From Utricularia gibba (taxonomy: Eukaryota > Plantae > Magnoliophyta): a DNA stretch of 64,000 nucleotides. The notes under the pieces were generated by a model. The model did not search any database and was not told where the DNA came from. It saw only the letters and a list, made by a program, of their open reading frames with translations. This document shows positions 46,199-57,959 of the stretch, in pieces. The stretch lies in the NCBI GenBank assembly GCA_002189035.1, contig CM007989.1, positions 7,936,001 to 8,000,000 of the forward strand, in the 5' to 3' direction. The position numbers and the translations under genes are program-made. Each line of letters starts with the position of its first letter. Positions within the stretch are counted from its first letter, which is position 1.

Positions 46199-47770
46199 AT
46201 TAATGGTAACCCCCGAAGCAAGAAGAGCCTGTGCGTGCCATCTTTCTCGACCTCGACTGATGCATTCTCATTCTGGGCTCCAAAAGTAGGACAAGACGAG
46301 TCTGTTTGATGCAACAATGGGTTATCTCATGGATTCTTCTCCCACTTCAACATAATAAACATGAATTATATTAAAACAAAATAAATTCAAATAATTATTA
46401 ATAATTTATAATTTATTATATACTTAATTATTTAACTTTTAAATAATGATAATGAGATTGTTTGTTCCTAAATTTATAGAATCAATTCTTAGTGGCCTCT
46501 CTGGTTTTGAACAGCGTGTGTTTGAACTAGGAAGCACAATGGGTTTGCATAAAATAATATAAGTTAAGCAAAATGAGTTTGACAAATTACATCATGAATT
46601 AGATATTTTAACAATTTTCTTGTTTAATCCTTTATTTATAGTAAAATACAAACTTATAAATGAAATGGTTTTTCATGATAGTAAAATACTATTATTTATT
46701 TCTTTCGATAATATGATAAATAATATTTTTTATGAAACAAATTCATGTTTTTCAAATCACTTACTGTAATGTAAATTAATCTTATCTATATTTAATATCA
46801 CGTAAAATAAAAATACATTACCAAATGAGTCCAAAGTGATAAAAATGGAAAATAGTGTAAAACCCTATTGAAGATGTATGAAAACGGAAGATAAGTTGTT
46901 CTTAAATAAAAGAATCATTATAATTTTTTGTATGTGAATTATTTTTGTATAAAATAAAAACGTAAAATAAGATGGTGAGAATTGAATATTCAAATGAATA
47001 ATATTATAAAAGAGTCGTCATATTAAAACAAATATAAAATAAGTATTATTTAATCAATTTTTGGTAGCTAAAGGAAACGGGTGGAGGAGAAGTAAAATAG
47101 TATTTTTCAACTACAAGTCATGGCTGTACCGTTCAATGGGCTCGTCTTTCTCCACGGCCTGATGGGATAACCCTTTCTCACCGACGCGAAGAACCCCTAG
47201 AAACTTGATTTTCTGGTTTGTTTCCGTAAACCCTCGCGCGCTCCGACTCCGCGCTATTCGGCTCCAGGAGTGGTTGGTAAGATCGCCGAGGATCTGGGGG
47301 TTGCCGTGTTTGGGTGAACGCTTCCATTACCGGAAAGTTTCTTCCGGTGGAACTACAGGTTGAGAGAATCCTGTGTCGATAGGAAGAAATTGTTGTTGTC
47401 TTGATTCTTTTCTCGCTTTAATGGTTCGAGTATGGAAACGGGTTTCTTGATTGGTTCTTCTAGGATTGTTAATCGGCGACCAGGGGCTAGGTGATATTAG
47501 GGGTTTCATATTGCGTTGTGTTTTGTATTTTGCTGGTGTCGTTTCTTCTTTGATATTTCTCCCCATGGATATCTTGAGTGTTGAATTTGTTTCTAAATAT
47601 TTCTGTTGATACTATTTGTATTGCGTTTGTTCTATGGCCGTGACATATCCGTATGAGTTTCCAACTGGTTCGTGATAATGCGTTAATTGGATAGGGATAA
47701 CTCTAAGTGTAGGTGTTCGTGGTTCCCACTAAAGATAGATGCTGCAGATTGAGTACCTGCAACGTTTTTT

Positions 47771-50700
47771 ATGGACATGACTTTAACTATGGATATCAGC
47801 AAAGCAAAATCATCAAGAGACCGTGCGCAGCATCTTCTCAACAAGGTATTTGCAACCAAGTTTTAGTATTCGCTACCTTTGAACTTAGTATTTGGGAAAG
47901 ACGTAGCCTGGTTATTGATGTTGTACTTCCTGTAAATGTTGACTGGGATACATTTATACATTTCTTGGATGTACTTCCTTTGTAGAATCTTGACTTGGAG
48001 AAGAAAAGAAGAGATGGTGCACACGGGAGAACCCATTTTGATCCTAACGTGTGGCAAATTATGCGAGAAAATTATGAAGCGATTGTTCTTGAAGATCATG
48101 AATTTTCTGAAAAACATGATATTGAATATGCTCTTTGGCAACTGCATTATCGAAGGATAGAGGAGCTCAGGGCACTCTTCAATGCAGCTATGGCCTCTTC
48201 GGGATCTGGGGCTTCTTCAAATGGGAAAAGCGCAGTTCAGTCTGGACCTGATCGACTTGCTAAGATTCGCTCCCAGTTTAAAAGTTTCCTTTCTGAGGCC
48301 ACTGGATTTTATCATGATATGATGGTGAAGATAAGAGCAAAGTATGGACTGCCGTTGGGATACTTTTCTGATGTCCCTGATAATCAGATGCCTACAGTAA
48401 AGAATGGGACCAAATCCACTGAGGTTAAAAACGGCTTGATTTCTTGCCACCGTTGCTTGATTTATCTTGGGGATCTTGCTCGGTATAAGGCTTTGTATGG
48501 GGAAACGATCTCAAAAGCTCGAGATTTGTCAGCAGCCTCAAGTTACTATATGCAGGCTTCTTCTATTTGGCCTTCTAGTGGGAATCCACATCATCAGGCG
48601 AGTGTGTTTTAGCAATATTATGTGGGTTCATTCGATCCAGTGTTCTAGTTTCCATTTCTAACTGATTTTTAGTTTTATTTCAGTTAGCCCTTCTAGCTGG
48701 ATATTCCAATGATGAACTTTTGACTATTTACCGATATTTTCGAAGTCTAGCAGCTGAAAACCCTTTTCCTACTGCAAGAGACAACTTGATCATTGCCTTT
48801 GAGAAGGTAAATCCCTAGTTGATCATGGTGATTCGACATTCCCTTTATTCTATTCTTGAATGTGTTTATTTATCGATTTGTACTGACGCTGCAAATTGGG
48901 ATGTGTCATTTGTAAGCCTTCTTATTTTAATCTTCTTTATGTTTCAGAATCGCCAGGCTTACAACCAGCTGGTCAATGTAGAGAAAGTTTCATCAACAAG
49001 ACTGGAATCAAAGGGAAGACGCAGAGTGGAATCAAGGACTCCCATCAAGGGTAATAAGATGGAAGCAGTGGCTGATGCAGTTACAGGAAAAGACTTCACC
49101 ACCCGCTTTATTAGGATGAATGGAATCTTATTTACTCGCACAAGGTTTGTTGGAAATTTATGAGTTCCATCAATATGATTATTAATTAAGGTAAAAGATA
49201 CTGATACTGTTTCCTGATGCAATCTCAGCCTGGAGACTTTTCCCGAAGTGCTCTTGGCTGTCAAAAATAACCTTGTGGAACTTCTTTCATATGGGGTAGA
49301 TGAGAAATTCACCTTTGGTTCAGACGCTGCTGAGTCTGGACTAGCCATTGTCAGGATGACGTCCATTCTAATATTCACTGTTCACAATGTGAGTAATGAA
49401 AATGAAAATCAATCATATGCAGACATCCTACAGCGGTCAGTTCTATTACGGAATGCTTCTACTGCTACATTTGAATTTATGGGCAGTATTGTAGACCGAT
49501 GCAATCAGTTGGCCGATCCTTCAAAAAGCTTTCTGTTGCCTGGGATTGGTGTATTTTTTGAATGGTTGGCCTGTCACGAAAATCTTGTAGCTGTTGATGA
49601 TGTGGATGAGAAGGAGGCCAATGCACGCAGTTTTTGTTGGAGAACAAGTGCTTCCCTGCTCAACAAACTTTTGTCAACTGGATATATCTTGGTTAGCAAT
49701 AGTGAAGATGAAAGCTGTTTTGCTGACATGGGAAAGTATGATGAAAGTGAGACCAACAATCGTCGTGCTTTGCCAGAGGACTTTGAGTTGAGAGGATTTG
49801 TACCTCTTCTACCTTCTCAACGTATTCTTGACTTTTCAAGGAATCACTTTCTTGTTTCTGATGGTGGCCAAAAAGAAAATATTTCACGGGTTCAAAGGAT
49901 TGTTGCTGCTGGAAAAGCTCTCGCTAACACTTTTCAGTCTTCCAAAGAGAAATTATATTTTGAATCAAAGCTGAATAAGTTTGCTTTTGGCATAGAACCT
50001 AAGATCCTTGATGATGGTTCTGTTATCAACCATGCAGACCATGATTTTAGTATCTCAGTTGGGGCCCAATTGGATACTTCTGCTGTGCCAAAGAGTAATA
50101 TGGATCCTGAGGAGGATGAGGAGGTTATTGTCTTTAAACCATTCACTGTTGAGAAGACCGTGGACGAGATCTCTTCCAAATTGGCTTCTTCAGCTAATCT
50201 TTCTGCAGTTGACAAGAATGCCAACATTGATATTGGCACTGATGACAAGTCCTCTGTTTCCAACGACACTTCTGTGTTTCAGTGCCCAATATCTTTTGCC
50301 ACGACACCATCGCCATTTATTAATGGCATAGCGGATGGCACATCCCAGTACTTGCAGCCTGTTCAGCCCAGCCTGCCTAGCTGGTCTTTAGATATTTCGG
50401 GCCATAGCAGTGATTCAAGTTCCCAGAAAGTGGAGAAATGGCCTATTCTGATGACTGAATTGCAAGGTGAATATGGAGTCTCTCAGATTGGTGGTGTTTC
50501 TTTGCCTATTCCTCAGTTTTCAATTGCAGCAACTACTCATGGTCCTTCAGCTCAGACTCTGCAAACCCATGTTCCATTTGAGTCTGTTCTTCCACATGGA
50601 GCATCCGGATTGAAGAAGAATCCAATAAGTCGACCTGCTAGACGTGTTGGTCCACCACCTGGTTTTGGCTCAGTAGGTCCAAAAGTTGTGGATGATCATT

Positions 50701-51131
50701 CGCGTGGCGTTGTCTCAAGAAGTGAAAACCCCAAAATATCCGCAATGGATGATTACAGGTGGCTGGATGGCTACAATTTACCATCAAGTCACAGCACTGG
50801 ATTCAGCAGTTCTGTGAATCAGATGGGTCCGAAATTGCCTTCCATTAATCAAATGGAACCTGCATTTGCTTCGGGGAACCAGTATGGCCCTGCAATACCT
50901 GCTGTGATACAAGCAGGCCCTATCTCATCTTCGGTAAGCAAGATCAATGGCTCAATGGCAGCAGAGATGAACCCTAGTCATGGAAATCAAGCGTTGCATG
51001 AATATCACTTTCCCGAATATATGAATCACTATGAAAATCTAGCACAGCAGTTTCAGAAAGACAATCAGAAGGCGGTCGATTCTGTTCAGCCACATCAGAA
51101 TTCAGCCTGGGGAGGTCAGTTCTTCGTGTGA
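47771..51131 (+). CDS. SMG7: Nonsense-mediated decay factor SMG7 (EST1/14-3-3-like domain)
   Basis: SSRDRAQHL, DPNVWQIMRENYEAIVLEDH, EYALWQLHYRRIEE, FLSEATGFYHDM, SCHRCLIYLGDLARYK, PSSGNPHHQ|LA, RHVGPPPGF-like RRVGPPPGF, MDDYRWLDGY, C-terminal WGGQFFV. Confidence 0.94.
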
Positions 51132-52338
51132 AAGGATTCAGAGCGTGCCCATGGAGTTGGTAATTCTTTTTTTATAACTTTTCCCTTCCAAGTATAGCTC
51201 TGTTTTTTTTCCCCCCTTTCCCCCTTCTAACACCACACCCATTTCTGATGCTTCAGATCAGTTTGCACCAGTTTCAGTTTCTGGTGTTTTAAGGTATTAT
51301 GGATCAGGTTTCGGAAGTTTAATGCCAACACTGTTGAGTTAATGGAGCATGACTGTGCTGAATCGTTGCAGGCTCCCATGCTTGAAACAGGTATGTATCA
51401 ATCAGTTCACAAGACTCGTTACATCCCACTCTACTAACACTTTCACGTCTCGTACAGCTACTTAGCTCACGAGGGTGGAGAGCCTGCCTGGTTGTTCGGG
51501 TCGACACCGTACCGGAAGCCTGTTCGATCTCATAACGTGTCTCCTCAGGTTGGATCAAGTCCTCTGGATGAGCACCTGATTTGTTTATCCTGAGAAAGTG
51601 TGCATGGAATCGCCGCGCTCGTACATCGGTATCAAGCATTTCATGACCACCAGCCCCTCTTTCCTGATGAGCATGGGACTTGAAATGGGAAAATTAGGTC
51701 TTGTTTTTCTCCCGTGTGTGTGTGATACAATGCATACCCAAGCTTGCCATTACCTTTACTTCGTGTTGTGTTTGAATCATATTATTCACTTTGAACATTT
51801 AATGCTCACAGGGTTTTCGTTGGTATCAAAGTATGATGTTTGATACCTTGTGGGTGGAATCTTATGCTAGGGGTGTATTATCACATGCATAACGAATCCG
51901 CAAGGAACATAAACATGCATAAAGAAAATGAAAAATAAAGGCAATTTCATTCTTAAATAAGGATTTTAAAACACAGCAAGGAACATAAACATTGGTGGAT
52001 GGGAAATCTGTTCCTCTTACAGGGCTTGCATGTGCTTACAAGGTACAGTCTCCAGGCCACTTAGAGACTAGGAAACATGAAGAAGAAGCAGCCAATGTAA
52101 TAGTATGGGAGCCTCTTGCACAGAAAAAAAAAAACAGTCCCTGCACAGATAAAATCCCCCAAGCATAAGAGAATCCGTGGCTCGGGGGGAGGAAGTGTGG
52201 AGAGGTTGAGGTTTGAGCTATTTGTTTACCTTATGGCTCAACCTGCACGGGGGGGACAATGCATTATTAGAGATGAAGGAAAAAGGTAGACAAGTTTTTG
52301 AGTCTGATGCTGAGCACTTGAGCTCGACTTCGACGGTG

Positions 52339-55300
52339 TTACTTCAGATTCATGGCAGAGGCCATAGTCCTCAATGTCTGTGAGATCTCGGAGAATGATG
52401 GTCTTTGGGATGGATCAGATGACCAACATCTCTCCATTAGTGCTCTCCATTCAGGGTCACACCATGTTGGAATCTCGGGTCGTAATGTGCCGTTCACAAT
52501 CCCACCTGAATGAGCGAAGAATGATGAGTGTAAGGTTACGGAGTTACGGCTCCTAAGAGGCCTTTACTTGACCAAATCATGGTTTAGCTCAAGTCTGTTT
52601 GATTCATTTAGGGCAAAAGCATGGCCGATGAACGTACCGATTATAGCAGCACAGTGCATGTCGGCATAGGGCTCATCACCAGTAAGCAACTCCCACATGA
52701 CAATTCCAAATGAGTAAACATCGATCTGTGGAAGCAGCAGTTATACACATATGGTGTTGGTTGATTTGCGGGTCTGTGTCCAGGATTACCTTTTCAGTGA
52801 CCATATTGGTCTTCCCACTCAGGAGTTCTGGTGCCATCCATGGCAAAGTACCACGAACTCCACCTGATACTAAAGTGTGCTGTTTCACCTTTGACAATCC
52901 CAGATCCCCAATCTAGATTCAATACACTTCCAAGTATGTGAGATTGTAATGTTCAATAACAAGCATTCCATGTAAAATTGGTTTAAAGACCTAAATTGGT
53001 ACCTTGCACACTGGACGATGAGGATCTCTAATATTCACCAGCAGATTTTCACACTTCAGGTCAAAATGGACAACATTTTTACCATGCAAGTATTCCATAC
53101 CGAAAGCCGCATCCATTGCAATTAGTAGCCTCTTACGTCTGTCTATGGTTCTGCAATTATGAGAAATAAAACCGTTCACATGTGTGGTCACCATGAAAGA
53201 AGGGCTCCTTGATGCTGGCACAGAAACCAAACCTGTCTTTTTTCCGCAAAAATTGTTTCAAAGACCCATTAACCATGAACTCCGTTACAGTTGCTAATGA
53301 TCCATCAGGGCCATCACGAACCACGCCATAGAAAGAGACAACATTTGGATGGTGCAATGAAAACAGCAACAGAGCTTCTTTCCAGAAATCAGCAAACTAC
53401 GCATCATGCAGAATGGTATTAGTCTTACTACCAAATATAGTACTTCAGCGCATTCATCAATGAATCATAATTTGAAAACATTGAGCAATGACCATACCAG
53501 ACGCTCCCTTTCAGATGGCCTTCCAGCAAAACAGCTGGCTTTTATTCTTTTTATTGCCACATCTGATCCCCTCCATTTCCCATGGTATACGGAACCATAT
53601 GTCCCAGTACCCAGCTCCCGAATCTCCTCCAAATCTTCATTTTTAATGGTCTAAATTGATATATATAAAACAAAGATAGCACAGTCAGAATACAGAAATT
53701 TAAGCATGCACATGGTTCATATTGTTGAACAAACTGACAGAGCAATTATATAGTTCACAATGAATATCAATAGGCTGTGCACCTGCAATCCCCTATCAAT
53801 TGCTTCAGCTTCTGCCTTCGTCAGTTCTATACTGGTGGGAGTGACAGTTTCATTATCAGAATCATCCTCAAGTACACCATGGCCATCCTACAAAATTTTT
53901 TATTAACTAATGGAAACTTGGAACGTGGTGATCAGTGAATTAAACCATTAAACCTTACCAGGTCTAGAATTCTAGCATCGTCCCTAGAATTGTCCTCATG
54001 ATCATTGCTCAGCTCAATATCTTCCTGAACTTTAGCCTTTATTTCATTCAAACTCTTTAAGGCTGCTTCTTTTGCAGATGCAATTAACTCGGGTAAAAAT
54101 TCTAACTGGTTTTCAGGCTGATTTTGCAAAGCACCAATACCTTCATCTACATTAGCAACCACAGCTACGGGTGAAGAATCTGCATCCAGGTCAATTGCAT
54201 CACAGACACCAGAGTCTCCAGTTTCTTCTTGACCATTTTTCTCAGCAGCACCTTCCTGTAAACTTCTTTCATTTGCTTCATATTTTTTACTTGTTTCAGA
54301 ATCCACTAATGATGAGCCAATTGTCATGGTAAGAGGAGAATTTGCTGATGCAGGTTCGGCCAAAACGACACCTAGCTGGAGAGGATCCTTGGCATTCTCC
54401 AGAATGCATGGACTTGGAACAAGCCTTGCGGCCTGTGCATGGGGGTACTCTGGCATAAAAGAGCAGTCATACCCCGTTACTCTGTGTGATGATTCAACAC
54501 GAGTGTTCAAATTTTCTGGTGCCGTTACCACACAGGAGCTGGCATCTGTAGTTCCTCTTATGAATTCCGTGGAAAGAGGTCCATTGACCAACTGAGTTGG
54601 TATAGCTGTTTCATACGGAGGAGTCCCGTGCAATATACCATGAGCGTTTCTCCAAACAGTTTGTGGTGGAACATGACAATGTGGCACCTGGTACACAATC
54701 TCAGGCCCATGTGGATAAGGGAAATTCCCATATTGAACAACATTCTCTTCTACAGGTAGTTGACTCACCTGAGAACCAGTTGCTAGAGCAGGTTCCTGAA
54801 ACAAGTGACACCAATGGTAAAATCAAGAATGGGCAAGACGCAGGTCTTTGCTATACAAACAAAGTGAGTTAATATGCTATTTATCACTTACATTCTCATG
54901 CCCAATGGGGAAATTTGTTCCATCATCGACAAAATATCCATCAATCAACCTACCAGACACAGGCAGATGAGGTCTTGGTTCCTCAAACAACGCACTGGGT
55001 TGATGTGGTGAGGTCCATACTTTAGGAGGATGTGGCTCAGTGTAAATGGGTCTGATATCTCTGTTGTCCCTGCAGTAGAATGAAGACTGCAGGTTTGCAC
55101 CAGAATTTAATACAAAAACATCCCGACCTGGAGGGCACTCAATACAAGAATTGGGGCCATGCAGGTATCCATTCCCTACAATGTGATCCACATTAGGCTG
55201 TTCACCAGGCCTTGGATAAAGATGATTTCTATGAAATCTCAGCTGACAATTTTCACAAATATTATTTCCCTCGTAATTGCTGGAACCTGGGTCTCTGCTG

Positions 55301-56243
55301 TGAGGTAAGTTAACAACACCACCTGGGGGATCACAACCACATTATCTGCATGTGGAGGTCGTTGCTCATAAATTGTGTGGGTATTTACTTGAGGTCGGAT
55401 AAAATCCTCGCCAATTGTATCAAAACTTTTATCTACACAATCCCCATAATGCATACGATAAAAAGGAGATGAAGGCGATGCATGCACTTCAGAAACAAGC
55501 CTCTGATCCACACCACCTGGGTGCCTTGGAGAATAATAAGCAGGACTCCAGGGTGCCTCCATCTCATTATACTTCTGACTAACGGCATGCTGGAGCAATC
55601 CTGAGCCTCGACGAGGAATTGTTAGGTGGCTTAAGTTCATCTGAGCCATCGGGAATTCCACGCTTCTACGAAAATCAGGGCTGCTCTCAGCACTAATATG
55701 GTTTAGGTACAGCTCTGAAGCACTCATATCATCCACAGACCCTAGTGCAAGAGACTCAAGATGCTGCCTTCTAAAGTTTGGAGATTCACTAAGGTTGTTC
55801 AACGCATCCATATACCTCTTCTCATTATCCCTTTCATCACCATCACCGAAATTCACAGACATATCTTGCTCAGGGGATGCAAACAAGAAAATCCTCAACC
55901 GAGTAAAACCATCCCCTGACCCCAGTTTATCATACTCCTCCATCATAATGGCGACATCATCATCATTCACTACAGATACTAGAGCATCGAGCTCCTCATC
56001 TGGCTGCTGGTATTTCATCACAGTTGCCGCTTCAAAAAGCTCTCTCATCTTTTTCATTAGCTCCTTGTAGGTTATGTCCCGAGGAGCACTCATGATACGA
56101 GTCTCACCCCCAACATACCTAAGCTTCCCATCTCGAGGCCTTGGCATTATACTACCAGAGAAGCTACAGAGGAACTTAACACGCTGGCCATCATCTTTTG
56201 GGCTCCTGGAAGATGATGGGTCGTTCACAATAACACTGTCCAT
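52339..56243 (-). CDS. PB1-domain Raf-like MAPKKK (group B4, At5g57610-like); apparent 1-bp frameshift near 55325
   Basis: PB1 [30 protein letters not shown]; kinase [56 protein letters not shown], and final exon ...[10 protein letters not shown]. Confidence 0.92.
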
Positions 56244-57170
56244 CAACTTTACGCTTCGTCACAGCTCTATGTCCTACTTGCAAAAAATTTTCCACCTCAG
56301 TCAGACATTGGGTGTTATCCTGAATTCAAGAAATCAACTGGCTGCAAATCTGATTTCTAGGATTTCCGGAAAACCCTCTTTGTATAAATTTCACGAGATC
56401 AACTATGATAACTCCCACTCAATATTTTAAAAGAAATACGGGTAAGAGACAGCAGAGAAATTCATCTAGATTGCCATATTAATCTCCACCAATCGGCATT
56501 ACCTTTCCCAAAAACACCTGAAAAATCAAGCATTAAAATCATCACAACATAAGGTCGGCAGCCATCATGGTTCTCTTAACGTCTTATCACCTACTTTCTT
56601 TGCACTGGACATATAAATACACTCTGCGAAACATGGACATGAAAAACCCATAAAAAAAGCAACTTCCAAGGCATTTAGAGAAACACAATCCCCTATAGAC
56701 GAACTCGTCTAAACCAAACCCATAATAGAGAGCGAAACCATAAATAAGGTGGGAAAAAAACTACAAATCCCTGTGGTGGATGCAAAAGCTTTCATCTCAA
56801 TCAGATAAGATCACCACATAAATACACGATACTGCGATAAAAAAAAAAAACCTAAAAAGAAAAACCATTGTCCCGTCAGGGATACATCTTTGCATTGCAC
56901 AAACAGGTGTGAAACAACGCGTACCCTTTTTCTACAGAGACCCAAAAAGTTGGTCTACAATGGTTTCAGTGCAAACCCAAGCTGAAGAGCTTGAATCATT
57001 CCATCAAAGATCAGGCGGTGGCGCGTACTTCCCCATTTCCTTGTAAAAGGAAAGAGAACACCAGAATCGAATTCCAGATTTCTATTTCTTCCTGAGAAAA
57101 ACATCCCAATTGGGCCTAACCGCATCCCTCTACATTTAGGCCCAATTTCAATAAATGCACGGAACTAAAA

Positions 57171-57484
57171 TTATGTTCTAGAAAATTTTTAAAATTCATT
57201 TTTATTTTTAAAAAAGTAAAAATTAAAAATAGAAATAGTTTATAAAAATAGAAGTAAAAATGGGTGTTCTAGAAAAGTGTAAAATTTTTTATGAATTTAT
57301 GTTGAAAAAATAGAAATAGAATACAAAAGTAACTCATCTCTACTTTTTCAAAAACTATTTTTGAAGTGTAATATCAAGAGTATTTTTAGTAAAATTAAAA
57401 GTAACAATAAGTGGTATTCTGAATTAAAATTATTTTTATTTTTCCAAAAATAAAAATAGGTTGTAAAAATTTTCTAGAACATAA
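57171..57484. mobile_element. MITE-like element with 21-bp perfect terminal inverted repeats
   Basis: TTATGTTCTAGAAAATTTTTA (57171-57191) is the exact reverse complement of 57464-57484; the interior is AT-rich and non-coding; the outer TA could be a TA TSD. Confidence 0.6.
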
Positions 57485-57959
57485 CTTAATTAAACGTGGA
57501 CTTTTACGGTCCAATAAAAAAGCCGGACCCGAAAAATTCAAATACAACCCATTAGTTACCCTTTTCCAGTATTCTAAAATGTTTTTTCTTATGATTATAT
57601 GTAAGAGATTTAAAATAATAAAAACTTTTCCTAAATTAATTTTAAACCATTTATCAAGTTAATCTACTATGCAAGTTTTATCATGTGTTTTTAAAAATAT
57701 ATTAATAAAATTGATATATAAATTTATTTATTTTTTAATGAAATAAAAATATGTTTGTCTAAAGATAAACAATTTAAATATAATATTAGTTAAATTATTT
57801 TATTAATTTAATATTTTTACTCATTAGTTTATATTATTAGATTTCCTTATTCCTACCATCTTGGGCTACGGGTAGACCCAACTAATCAATAATATTAAAA
57901 TACCTTTTTTTTTCTTATTGAAAATTACACTTTGGTCCCTCCGGCGAGTACTGTACTAT

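Noticed and set aside
51420-51700. Possible C/D snoRNA boxes in the SMG7 3' region
   Set aside because: Box C/D-like words are incomplete and there is no terminal stem or recognisable guide.
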